Shown here: positions 18,224 to 26,261 of the stretch, in pieces
Numbering within the stretch: position 1 is the stretch's first letter
Layout of the letters: every line of letters starts with the position of its first letter
Sequence record: PZ445488.1
Direction: 5' to 3' (one strand)
DNA length: 64,000 nucleotides
Source of the DNA: a phage
The notes under the pieces: generated by a model
Told to the model about the DNA's origin: nothing
The model's database searches: none
What the model saw: the letters and a program-made list of their open reading frames with translations, nothing else
Made by a program: the position numbers and the translations under genes

Positions 18224-19225
18224 TTATTTCAGTAAAGTTACTTCAGAGATTTCCTCCCAACCATCTTTATCAGTTGAAATAAAATCTGCTACATAAAGAG
18301 CCGTACGTAATGATACATTGCGAAGACGAGATACGTTAGCCTTCATCCAGGACAATGCTTTGTACGTTTCAGCATCAGTCAAGCCACGTTTCTGCATCAT
18401 GTCAGTAGATAATATTACATCTTCAACTCGAACCATAATCTCTTCATTAGAGTGTACTCCAAGGTCCAAATACACTGAACGAGATACTAAAGCTTGAAGG
18501 TGTGGAGCAAGTTTCGAACCGCGTTCTAACTCTTTATCAATATCAACGTTTGTAATGAAAACGATAGTACCTTCAAACTCAAATTCTTTATCGATACCCT
18601 TATCCTCGAGATAAGATGACGCAGTGCTCCAACAAACTTTGCGTTTATCTCCGGTATCTAATGCTGCTTTAAGAAGGTTCAGGATGTCCATATCTGAGAA
18701 TACGTCAACGTCATCGATTAAGAGAACGCTGTCTTCATCACGGTTGAGCCAAAGTTGTTCGTAAAGGCCAATACCGGAGATTTTACCATTAATGCTTTTG
18801 TATTTGATGAAACCATTATCATTAGCATTATTAAGTGCTTTATCCAGAGAATACGTCTTACCAATACCAGCTGCACCTGAAATAATGAGTGAACGAATTT
18901 TGCCATCAATAATGCCATTCGTCATCATGTTCATTACTTTAAAGCGTTTGTTGATACGAGTTTTCATATCTTCAGTGCTTTCAACAACTGCAACTGGTGA
19001 CGTCTCAACTCCTTCCATTACGATGTCTGATTTGAAGACCCATACTCCACGTTCAGAACCATCAATCATAACGAAAATTTTACCGTCACCTAAGTGGGAA
19101 CATTCAGGATTAAGCTTTGCCGGGAACCATGTCTTTGTGGCAACATAAGAACCAGAGATTTCGTTATTACGATAGATACCTTTTTTGATTTGAACGTTGA
19201 ACATTTTATTCTCCAATTTACTCAT
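18224..19225 (-). CDS. P-loop NTPase (Walker A/B) of unknown function
   Basis: 333 aa; Walker A GAAGIGKT, Walker B-like LLIDDVD. Confidence 0.6.
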   Translation of the reverse strand: MSKLENKMFNVQIKKGIYRNNEISGSYVATKTWFPAKLNPECSHLGDGKIFVMIDGSERGVWVFKSDIVMEGVETSPVAVVESTEDMKTRINKRFKVMNMMTNGIIDGKIRSLIISGAAGIGKTYSLDKALNNANDNGFIKYKSINGKISGIGLYEQLWLNRDEDSVLLIDDVDVFSDMDILNLLKAALDTGDKRKVCWSTASSYLEDKGIDKEFEFEGTIVFITNVDIDKELERGSKLAPHLQALVSRSVYLDLGVHSNEEIMVRVEDVILSTDMMQKRGLTDAETYKALSWMKANVSRLRNVSLRTALYVADFISTDKDGWEEISEVTLLK

Positions 19226-19233
19226 TTCGTTTC

Positions 19234-19271
19234 GATAGGTCTATAGTATCATATCCTAAAAGCATGTACAC
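19234..19271 (-). promoter_or_regulatory. PeSL-like early promoter with stem-loop
   Basis: GATAGGTCTATAGTATCATATCC...GTACA motif upstream of ATPase gene. Confidence 0.45.
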
Positions 19272-19300
19272 TACTTTTTAAAAATATTTTAACCCCCTAA

Positions 19301-19318
19301 GGGGACCCGAAGGTCCCC
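19301..19318 (-). terminator. GGGGACC-UUCG-GGUCCCC hairpin at 3' end of late gene
   Basis: Perfect 7 bp GC stem with UUCG loop 5 nt after stop of 19323..19589; near-identical hairpin at 37209..37224. Confidence 0.45.
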
Positions 19319-19322
19319 ACAT

Positions 19323-19589
19323 TTACTTATCACACTTAGCAACATAATTAGGCATATCACAGAATACAGAGCGAGTAACTACTCGTCCCTTTGACCATGC
19401 TTCAGTTGCTTGTCCGGCCGTGCTATTAATATAGCTTGATTTAATGTTCTCAATACCCTGAGAATGTGATGCATTTACCGAACCGTTAGAAGGCGCAGGA
19501 GCCGGTGGTAACCAGTCTCCTGCGCCCGTGGTAGCACCAACAGAGAATGCCATCATTACTGCGAATAAACCAATTACTAATTTTTTCAT
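19323..19589 (-). CDS. small secreted protein (signal peptide), late-promoter driven
   Basis: 88 aa; N-terminal MKKLVIGLFAVMMAFSVGA signal-like segment; TATAAATA 29 nt upstream. Confidence 0.55.
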   Translation of the reverse strand: MKKLVIGLFAVMMAFSVGATTGAGDWLPPAPAPSNGSVNASHSQGIENIKSSYINSTAGQATEAWSKGRVVTRSVFCDMPNYVAKCDK

Positions 19590-19616
19590 ATTTACCTCAA
19601 GTTAATGGTTATTTAT

Positions 19617-20606
19617 CTATTTATAGTAAGAATTATGATTTTCGAGATAGACTTGCTCAAGGAAATCATCCCAGAAACTCATATCTACTTTTTGTTGCAT
19701 ACCATTCTTGGCAGCTTGTTCTGACGCATGTTCAACTTGGTCAACGATATCTTCTAGGAATTCTTGTACAGTTTTAAACGTATGTTTACCAAGCTTAACA
19801 TCGAGAATAAATGGAGCATCTTGAAGTGGGTAAACCAGGTCGCCGGTTTTGTAAATTTCCAATAATTGAAGTCCACCACGACATGCATGACTCAATGCTT
19901 TCCAGTCAATACCTTCGTTAGCTTCTGCCTTACGAGCACGTTCACCATAGTTCTCTTCCAGTTTAACCAGGATGGCATTGAACTCTTTATTGGTTAACGT
20001 GTCTTGGAATTTACGGTCTAACAGATTATAGAATGTTTGCTTACCTGTTTTCTCGTTTTCGGTTTCAACCCACGAAGCAAATTCACCTACAGGCAGAACA
20101 TTCTTCATATGTGATAAACGAATTACTGCACCATTATCAAAGTATTGTCCCCATTCATTAGAACGTTTAAGGGCTTGACGAAGAACAGCCAGTCGAGAAC
20201 CCTTGACACCGTATTTAGAAGCTTGCTTACGGACATACCCTAAATAAGATTTCATGTTAGTGGTATAGAAACGAGACCTGTTATCTTGAATATACTTCCA
20301 TACATCAGGCAAATCAGATTTAACTACTAGACTTGGTGGAGTGTGAAGCATATCTAATGCGACGGTTTCACCATCCGCAGCTAGTTTAAAGAAATATTTG
20401 AGACTATACAACTCATGGTCTACGTCGTCTTTTGTGTTCTTAGAAGATGTGTTATTCGTGTTCTTGCTCATGTGTTCTTTAACGTTACCGGTCAAGATAT
20501 CACGAGCATGAGGGACATAAATTTCTTTAAAATCGACGTCAGATTCAGGAGTAGACGTTCCATAAAGGTGGCTACCAAAGTAGCTTTTCATAATTGTTTT
20601 CATCAT
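19617..20606 (-). CDS. Pol-beta-superfamily nucleotidyltransferase-domain protein
   Basis: 329 aa; N-terminal YFGSHLYGTSTPESDVDF matches the minimal nucleotidyltransferase signature GS-x(10)-D-x-D. Confidence 0.6.
   Translation of the reverse strand: MMKTIMKSYFGSHLYGTSTPESDVDFKEIYVPHARDILTGNVKEHMSKNTNNTSSKNTKDDVDHELYSLKYFFKLAADGETVALDMLHTPPSLVVKSDLPDVWKYIQDNRSRFYTTNMKSYLGYVRKQASKYGVKGSRLAVLRQALKRSNEWGQYFDNGAVIRLSHMKNVLPVGEFASWVETENEKTGKQTFYNLLDRKFQDTLTNKEFNAILVKLEENYGERARKAEANEGIDWKALSHACRGGLQLLEIYKTGDLVYPLQDAPFILDVKLGKHTFKTVQEFLEDIVDQVEHASEQAAKNGMQQKVDMSFWDDFLEQVYLENHNSYYK
19618..19625 (-). promoter_or_regulatory. T4-type late promoter TATAAATA
   Basis: Exact TATAAATA on minus strand upstream of 19323..19589. 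Confidence 0.5.
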
Positions 20607-21076
20607 TTAGCCTTATATTCAAGAGTAGGACAGACTTTTTCTTTACGAGCTTTAAGGTATTCACCTATTAATGATTTCTTACGTTCAATAGGCTCAAGTC
20701 CATTTTTAATTCGTTCTTGGTTTTGCGCAATGAGCTCAATTTCTTTATAATATTTTCTGTCGTTATATTTGTCTAACAACCAAGACGGACCAATTACCAA
20801 CCCGGTAGCAATAAAAGCCATGACTGCTACAATTAAAATGCCTACACCAATTGAGGCTGGAACTAATGTCCATAGACTGCTAAAAACAAAGAATTTAGTT
20901 AAAATTTCCTGGCCAATGATTGTGACTGCTGCTAAAATCGCAAATCCAATAATTGAAACAGCCAATACCGGGATTAACGTTTTCCAAAAATAAGCACATA
21001 ATGTTTTCGGACGATTCCACGTACTATTGAACGCGGCATAAATTTTAAAGTGCCAAGAGTTTTCATTGATAATCAT
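20603..21076 (-). CDS. hypothetical multi-pass membrane protein
   Basis: 157 aa with several hydrophobic helices; 4-nt overlap with nucleotidyltransferase gene. Confidence 0.5.
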   Translation of the reverse strand: MIINENSWHFKIYAAFNSTWNRPKTLCAYFWKTLIPVLAVSIIGFAILAAVTIIGQEILTKFFVFSSLWTLVPASIGVGILIVAVMAFIATGLVIGPSWLLDKYNDRKYYKEIELIAQNQERIKNGLEPIERKKSLIGEYLKARKEKVCPTLEYKAK

Positions 21077-21085
21077 AATAATTCC

Positions 21086-21616
21086 TTATTTCAAAGTCGG
21101 GATAATAGAATCGAGATAAGCTTTAAGAGCAACTGCTTCATCTTTGTCTAATGTAACGATATGTTGACGAAGGTCATCAATTTGGCGAATAACTACGACA
21201 TCACCGTCTTCATAAGAAGGATTAACGCCTAGGACCGTTGTATAGTCAGGGCGGTCCTGATTTGTAATAAAAGCATTACGGCATTTAGCCCATTGAAGTT
21301 TGGCTTTTTTGACTGTTTCAGATTCCATGAATTCTTTCACCTTAGTGACAAATGTTTTCCAATTATTAATAGAAAAACATTTGTCTTCAGTTTCGATATT
21401 AACCCCACTATAAAGTCCGTGATAAAAACGAACTTGAAGGTCTTCATCAATGTTAATTACAGATGCATGGCCGGGTGGATTGAGTTTCAAAATCTTGTCC
21501 AGTTCCATAGGAAGAATAGTAACAGCATCATCTTCTTGTGTCAGAACGTAAGCATAACCACGTTTTTCGATACATAAATCACCAAACAACTCGGTTGTTT
21601 CAATTACAATTTTCAT
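21086..21616 (-). CDS. hypothetical protein
   Basis: Start at ATG 21616 (MKIVIETTEL...); first gene of a tight three-gene unit. Confidence 0.5.
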   Translation of the reverse strand: MKIVIETTELFGDLCIEKRGYAYVLTQEDDAVTILPMELDKILKLNPPGHASVINIDEDLQVRFYHGLYSGVNIETEDKCFSINNWKTFVTKVKEFMESETVKKAKLQWAKCRNAFITNQDRPDYTTVLGVNPSYEDGDVVVIRQIDDLRQHIVTLDKDEAVALKAYLDSIIPTLK

Positions 21617-21617
21617 A

Positions 21618-21797
21618 TTATTCACCAATTAAAGTTTCAACAAAATTCACCAAAGCATTCTGGCACGCATCAACCTGATTTTCATAAAAGTCTCCGTTAT
21701 CATTTACCGCGTGATAAGCTACATCATTCAAATCTGAATCGGCTTCACGTAGGTCACGGATAAGGCCCATCAATTTATTAGCTTGTTCACGGGTCAT
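21618..21797 (-). CDS. hypothetical small protein (59 aa, below ORF-track cutoff)
   Basis: ATG 21797, MTREQANKLMGLIRDLREADSDLNDVAYHAVN..., stop overlaps next start. Confidence 0.3.
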   Translation of the reverse strand: MTREQANKLMGLIRDLREADSDLNDVAYHAVNDNGDFYENQVDACQNALVNFVETLIGE

Positions 21798-21923
21798 TTT
21801 ACCATACTCGTTTCAATAAGATTCACTATGCCGTTTACCATGTTATAAGTAAACATCGGATAATTGTATTGTACTACAACATAAGCGATAAGCAAAAGTT
21901 TCATTTTGTTCTCCGTTCATTTT

Positions 21924-21962
21924 GGTAGGACTACTATAACATAATCCTACCAAGATGTAAAC
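21924..21962 (-). promoter_or_regulatory. PeSL-like early promoter with stem-loop
   Basis: GTAGGACTACTATAACATAATCCTAC...GTAAAC on plus (GTTTAC -35 on minus). Confidence 0.45.
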
Positions 21963-22195
21963 TACCGATTGTGTTTTAAATGTTGATAAAGTTCTTCAAC
22001 TTGTTTTGGGTCCAAAACAATTAGATCATTTTCTTGACGAAGATAAATCCATCCCTTATCCCCAGGGCCATTTTTACAAAACATCACCACCATATCATCA
22101 TCTTCAGCGCTTTCAGGTAAAAGTTCAAGTACACCGTCTTCAGATTTTCCAGTATAATCGTAAAGCATAATGTCCTCACATAATCTCGTTAACAT
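21962..22195 (-). CDS. hypothetical protein
   Basis: 77 aa acidic ORF, ATG start. Confidence 0.4.
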   Translation of the reverse strand: MLTRLCEDIMLYDYTGKSEDGVLELLPESAEDDDMVVMFCKNGPGDKGWIYLRQENDLIVLDPKQVEELYQHLKHNR

Positions 22196-22355
22196 ACATT
22201 TGCAATTCGGTGTGGGCGTCGGCCATCTTTTTCATAGCTCTGTTAATGTCGATGTCTCCATCTTCGCAACCATGAGCATTTTCCCAATCGGATACAGAAT
22301 TAGCATACTCTTCAATCAAAAACATCAACTTAGAAATCTTTTCTTTACGTGTCAT
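22176..22355 (-). CDS. hypothetical protein
   Basis: Start moved to ATG 22355 (MTRKEKISKL...) downstream of PeSL-like promoter. Confidence 0.4.
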   Translation of the reverse strand: MTRKEKISKLMFLIEEYANSVSDWENAHGCEDGDIDINRAMKKMADAHTELQMYVNEIM

Positions 22356-22359
22356 AACG

Positions 22360-22411
22360 TTCTCCTCTAGTAAGTAAGGACTACTATAACACAACCTGAG
22401 GAGAAGTAAAC
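22360..22411 (-). promoter_or_regulatory. PeSL-like early promoter with stem-loop
   Basis: TCTCCTC...GAGGAGA inverted repeat around TATAAC, GTTTAC on minus. Confidence 0.45.
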
Positions 22412-22456
22412 TGATAGATGCCAAAAAGCCCCAACCATAAGGAAGGGGCTAGTAAA

Positions 22457-22759
22457 TTAGATAGATGTAGGCTCTAATTTTATTTTCATGAACTCAGCAA
22501 ATTGTCTGGCAGTTTTTATGCCTTGTTCATGACATTCAAATGCATCATCACAGGGGCTATTTTTGTAATGCTTTGCCATATACTTATAGAATTTTTCAGA
22601 ATTCTCGACATTTTGAATTTCAAACAAAGTATATACGTTTTTAATCCCTGATTCCATAAAGTTATCAAAATATGGGTCAATATGTGCAGTACCAACGATA
22701 GGAGTTGTTGCTGCAAAAAACCCCAGCATCGCTATGACAGCTATCGCTCTTAAGGCCAT
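22457..22759 (-). CDS. rI: lysis inhibition regulator rI-like membrane protein
   Basis: 100 aa; N-terminal signal-anchor; similar to recalled T4 rI (MALKATALFAMLG...DPHFDKFMESGI...). Confidence 0.75.
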   Translation of the reverse strand: MALRAIAVIAMLGFFAATTPIVGTAHIDPYFDNFMESGIKNVYTLFEIQNVENSEKFYKYMAKHYKNSPCDDAFECHEQGIKTARQFAEFMKIKLEPTSI

Positions 22760-22771
22760 ATAGGCCTCCTG

Positions 22772-22984
22772 TTAATTTTGGCCAGTATTTATTTTTCGCC
22801 TTTGGACGGCCTTAACATCTGCGAGGTATTTTTCCAGCTTGCGCTTGCGTGTATAATCAGCTTTAGAACCGGTTTGACGGATATCCTCGTTTAAATGAGA
22901 AATAGAATGTCCTAATTCTCTTCGGATTTCGTCCAATTGGGTTACAGTAAGATTACGAAGTTGTCTTTCGTTTAATTGCTGCAT
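22772..22984 (-). CDS. hypothetical protein
   Basis: 70 aa basic ORF between rI and tk. Confidence 0.45.
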   Translation of the reverse strand: MQQLNERQLRNLTVTQLDEIRRELGHSISHLNEDIRQTGSKADYTRKRKLEKYLADVKAVQRRKINTGQN

Positions 22985-23011
22985 ATATACCTCTTGGTTA
23001 GATATTAGTAT

Positions 23012-23593
23012 TTATAACAACCCTGTCAAATCATTCCAATGCTTCCGGCATAATGACACGTATCTATCGGTATCACCAATTTCAATTTGACTGCCATCTG
23101 TAATTGGAAGTCCGTCTTCCGTGACTCTAGCTACCATTGTGGCCTTTTTACCGCAATGACAGACACCTTTAAGTTCAACAAGCTTATCGGCAATAGCCAT
23201 TAATGCTTGAGAACCTTCAAATAGATTACCTTTAAAATCTGTTCGTAGTCCATATGCCATTACTGGCACATTGTATACGTCAACAATACGACTAAGTTGA
23301 TACACCTTTTCAGTAGTTAAGAACTGAGCTTCGTCAACAAATACACAGTGAATATCCTTTTGTGCTGCAGCCCATTTATAGAATTCAAAGATATCCATGT
23401 CTTTTGTAATTATATTGGCATCCTGACGAATACCAATACGAGAGACTATTTCACCTTTTGAATCACGAGTATCAATAGCCGGTTTAAGAACTAATACACC
23501 CATGCCACGTTCTTTATAGTTATGTGCGGCAGTAAGTAATGAAGCAGACTTACCAGCGTTCATAGCGGCATAGGTAAAAATTAAACTAGCCAT
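23012..23593 (-). CDS. tk: thymidine kinase
   Basis: 193 aa; P-loop NAGKSASL, conserved TK motifs, C-terminal zinc ribbon CHCGKKA...LCRKH. Confidence 0.95.
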   Translation of the reverse strand: MASLIFTYAAMNAGKSASLLTAAHNYKERGMGVLVLKPAIDTRDSKGEIVSRIGIRQDANIITKDMDIFEFYKWAAAQKDIHCVFVDEAQFLTTEKVYQLSRIVDVYNVPVMAYGLRTDFKGNLFEGSQALMAIADKLVELKGVCHCGKKATMVARVTEDGLPITDGSQIEIGDTDRYVSLCRKHWNDLTGLL

Positions 23594-23783
23594 AAGAGTC
23601 CTTAGTTAAATTTTCTAAATATGTTTCTAAATCATTTTCAGCTTTATTGATAGATTTTACTAATTCGTAATATGTTTCGGCATCTCCATATTCAGAAGAT
23701 ATTTCAAAAGACAAATCCTTTTCTAAACTAATAATTTCACCAACTAAAAATAATATTTCGTTCTTTTGTTCGCGAGTAATCAT
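23586..23783 (-). CDS. hypothetical protein
   Basis: 65 aa acidic ORF, ATG start. Confidence 0.4.
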   Translation of the reverse strand: MITREQKNEILFLVGEIISLEKDLSFEISSEYGDAETYYELVKSINKAENDLETYLENLTKDSYG

Positions 23784-23971
23784 AAGGAATTTATATAATT
23801 AATAAGTTCTTGTTCTTTATTATCGAATTCTTTAGAAAGTTCTTCGTACTCGTTTTCACTAAAAGGACCGCATTCATTACAAACTTTTTCCAATTCACTA
23901 TTTTTATCCATAACTTCGTGGATAAGAGAAAAGAGTTTGTCTTTTTGTTCTTTACTTAAACTCATAACCAT
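23780..23971 (-). CDS. hypothetical protein
   Basis: 63 aa ORF, ATG start. Confidence 0.4.
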   Translation of the reverse strand: MVMSLSKEQKDKLFSLIHEVMDKNSELEKVCNECGPFSENEYEELSKEFDNKEQELINYINSL

Positions 23972-24174
23972 GTCACCTTTAAGCAGTATTCTTCTACATG
24001 CTGTTTACGACCTTTCTTATCAATAAAGGTATATTCAACGAATGTTCCGATGTAGTCTTTATCTACATCATGTGGACTATTAATTGGACATTTGGTACGA
24101 CAAATGCGTTCCCATTGACGAATAATTACTGCCTTATTCTTTGGGTCATATGGATGCGGATAATGTATATTCAT
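23962..24174 (-). CDS. hypothetical protein
   Basis: Track start is TTG; in-frame ATG at 24174. Confidence 0.4.
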   Translation of the reverse strand: MNIHYPHPYDPKNKAVIIRQWERICRTKCPINSPHDVDKDYIGTFVEYTFIDKKGRKQHVEEYCLKVTWL

Positions 24175-24638
24175 AATAATGGTTCCCAATCAACAATCAC
24201 AATTTCTAGTTTAGTGGAATACGTATCTAAAATCTCTTCGATGACATCCCAGTTTCCACCACCTATACCTGCACCAATTCTTGGCATATAAATTACAGGC
24301 TTTGCTATCTTATTCTTTCCGAATTTATTTAATTCTATTATACAATTCATTAAAGCAGAGTACTCAAAATTAGGTCCCGGCTCAAACTGCGTATAAAGAT
24401 TAAAGCAATAAGCTTTATGGGTCTTGAAATATTTTTCATAAACCGAATAGGAACCGAGTTTAGTCTCATCGCCGAATTCGGTTTGGAGCTTATCGGCTTC
24501 TAAAATCTTTGGAAAGGCCTTCGCTAATTGCCCGGCTACTCCTGCGCCCATTGTATGGAAACAGTTACAACCATGAGCAACATTTTTACCTTCAGAAAAC
24601 AGGGCGACAATATCGCCCTTGATATAGTTTTTAATCAC
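24171..24638 (-). CDS. TARG1/OARD1-like macrodomain protein (putative ADP-ribosyl hydrolase); apparent GTG start
   Basis: 155 aa; YIKGDIVALFSEGKNVAHGCNCFHTMGAGVAG and MPRIGAGIGGGNWDVIEEIL align with TARG1 motifs (KGDLF...AHC...MGAGIA; MPRIGCG...W..V..IEE). Confidence 0.7.
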   Translation of the reverse strand: MIKNYIKGDIVALFSEGKNVAHGCNCFHTMGAGVAGQLAKAFPKILEADKLQTEFGDETKLGSYSVYEKYFKTHKAYCFNLYTQFEPGPNFEYSALMNCIIELNKFGKNKIAKPVIYMPRIGAGIGGGNWDVIEEILDTYSTKLEIVIVDWEPLL

Positions 24639-24978
24639 TTGCTACAAGTCCTCTAGTATAAGAGTCAACTAGACGGTCCACCATAGAATTGCATGCTGCC
24701 TTATCTTTAGGTTCCGCCACCGAGCATTCTAATATTTGCCATTTTTTATAGTATCTTTTAATTAAGGTAGATGCCTTGAACCTACTAGACGCCCCATCTT
24801 TTTCTCCGTCTTTATACGCATATAACAATTTTTGTGAAAAATCTACTTTACACTCTTGACTTTTACCACAATAATCAGACGCCGTTCTGTTTGTATACTC
24901 CGTTACATCAGTATATGTAGTATTAGCAAGAGCGTTAAATGAAACCAAGCTAACTATTAAAGCCAACATTTTGGTCAT
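24631..24978 (-). CDS. small secreted protein; positional counterpart of T4 vs
   Basis: 115 aa (same length as T4 Vs by memory); N-terminal signal-like segment; position between macrodomain gene and vs.1-like gene. Confidence 0.4.
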   Translation of the reverse strand: MTKMLALIVSLVSFNALANTTYTDVTEYTNRTASDYCGKSQECKVDFSQKLLYAYKDGEKDGASSRFKASTLIKRYYKKWQILECSVAEPKDKAACNSMVDRLVDSYTRGLVASD

Positions 24979-25517
24979 TCTTTTATTTCCAGTAGTTTAT
25001 TTGATTTAAGGTAATTAGCCTTTTCTAGGACTTCAGAAGCATATTTACTTCCAGCACTTGTCTTCCATCCCGCATTATATGAGGATATAGCTTTTCTTAT
25101 ATCCCCGTTATGTATATTTAACCAATAAGAAAATTCGATATAAGCCCATCTTGCTGAATTAGACCGCTTAGATAGCATTTTCTTAATTTGGGCATCAGTC
25201 ATATTATAACCAAGCTGGTTAATTCTTGCCCTCATTGTTGGTAGATAGTTTTGGAACATTCCATACGCATGGTGACCTTTCTTATCTTTAAGATTAATAC
25301 CTGCGGATGATTCTTGCCATAGTATTGCGGCCATTATGTATCCAAGTCCTTTCTTATGCATATTTTCATGCGTTTTAAATTTTCCGTCCTTAGAAAACTG
25401 TTCCCCAAACTGATAAGCATAATTCAAGTTATCGAGTTGGACATTACTAAAAGTATGCTCGGAGCTATGTGCTGATAACGAAAGAGCAAATAGACCAGCG
25501 AGTAGTGCTTTTCTCAT
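24975..25517 (-). CDS. lytic transglycosylase (SLT-domain)-like protein with signal peptide (T4 vs.1 position)
   Basis: 180 aa; signal peptide; WQESS...GMFQ motif typical of soluble lytic transglycosylase catalytic region. Confidence 0.6.
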   Translation of the reverse strand: MRKALLAGLFALSLSAHSSEHTFSNVQLDNLNYAYQFGEQFSKDGKFKTHENMHKKGLGYIMAAILWQESSAGINLKDKKGHHAYGMFQNYLPTMRARINQLGYNMTDAQIKKMLSKRSNSARWAYIEFSYWLNIHNGDIRKAISSYNAGWKTSAGSKYASEVLEKANYLKSNKLLEIKE

Positions 25518-25525
25518 GTTTACCT

Positions 25526-25984
25526 CTAGATTTTAATCACTGCTTTAGAAGCTTTTCCTGGTAGTCGTTTACTGTTAATAATAGCCATTCTGCATTGAAG
25601 AGTCTTCATTTTGAATGCTGGATTTTCGCGACAGACTGTAAGTCCTAACCAAAGATTTCCATCAGTTATTTCTAAACGGCCTGGGCGATATTCGACACCT
25701 TCGACAAAATCTTCATCAACATCTGGACGTGCCGGCATTGATAAAAATTCTGCAACTTCTTTAACATGATTTTTTACTTTATGAAATAATTCAAAAACGT
25801 AATTCTCATCTATTTCTCTCTGGATGGCACGATCTAAGAGATGTTGAGAATACTTGATATGAAAGCCTGGTAGTCCAAGAGACTTTGCAGCATCTTTTAT
25901 ACCGGCATTTATTTTGCGGAACTCCGTTTCAAAGATTCGACGGAGTTTATTACGGCGGATAAAAACTTCCGAATTGATAGACAT
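25526..25984 (-). CDS. regB: site-specific endoribonuclease RegB
   Basis: 152 aa; MSINSEVFIRRNKLRRIFETEFRKIN...; highly similar to recalled T4 RegB. Confidence 0.9.
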   Translation of the reverse strand: MSINSEVFIRRNKLRRIFETEFRKINAGIKDAAKSLGLPGFHIKYSQHLLDRAIQREIDENYVFELFHKVKNHVKEVAEFLSMPARPDVDEDFVEGVEYRPGRLEITDGNLWLGLTVCRENPAFKMKTLQCRMAIINSKRLPGKASKAVIKI

Positions 25985-25991
25985 TTTGATT

Positions 25992-26041
25992 TCTCCTCTA
26001 GTTGACAGGTCTATAGTAACACAACTAGAGGAGAAGTAAAC
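25992..26041 (-). promoter_or_regulatory. PeSL-like early promoter with stem-loop upstream of regB
   Basis: 13-nt inverted repeat TCTCCTCTAGTTG/CAACTAGAGGAGA flanking TATAGT; GTTTAC on minus. Confidence 0.5.
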
Positions 26042-26045
26042 TACT

Positions 26046-26261
26046 TTATTGATAAAACGGAGTTAAAGCCCAAGATTCTTTAGATACCATATCGGTGAAA
26101 TGTCTCATCTCTTCGATTTGGCGACGACGCTGGTCAGCATAATCTTCTTCACCTTCTTCCTTACAATCTTCAAGGTCTTCTTCAAGATACTTTAAGTATT
26201 CACTACAAATTTTGTTGACCTTTTCTTGAAAGTCCAATAACCCAGTAATAGTAGAAGCCAT
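26046..26261 (-). CDS. hypothetical acidic protein
   Basis: 71 aa ORF, ATG start. Confidence 0.45.
   Translation of the reverse strand: MASTITGLLDFQEKVNKICSEYLKYLEEDLEDCKEEGEEDYADQRRRQIEEMRHFTDMVSKESWALTPFYQ

Noticed and set aside
24631-24978. Assigning the 115-aa ORF confidently as vs (valyl-tRNA synthetase modifier)
   Set aside because: Assignment rests only on position and length; the protein has a secretion-signal-like N-terminus, which I would not expect for a cytoplasmic synthetase modifier, so I left the symbol blank
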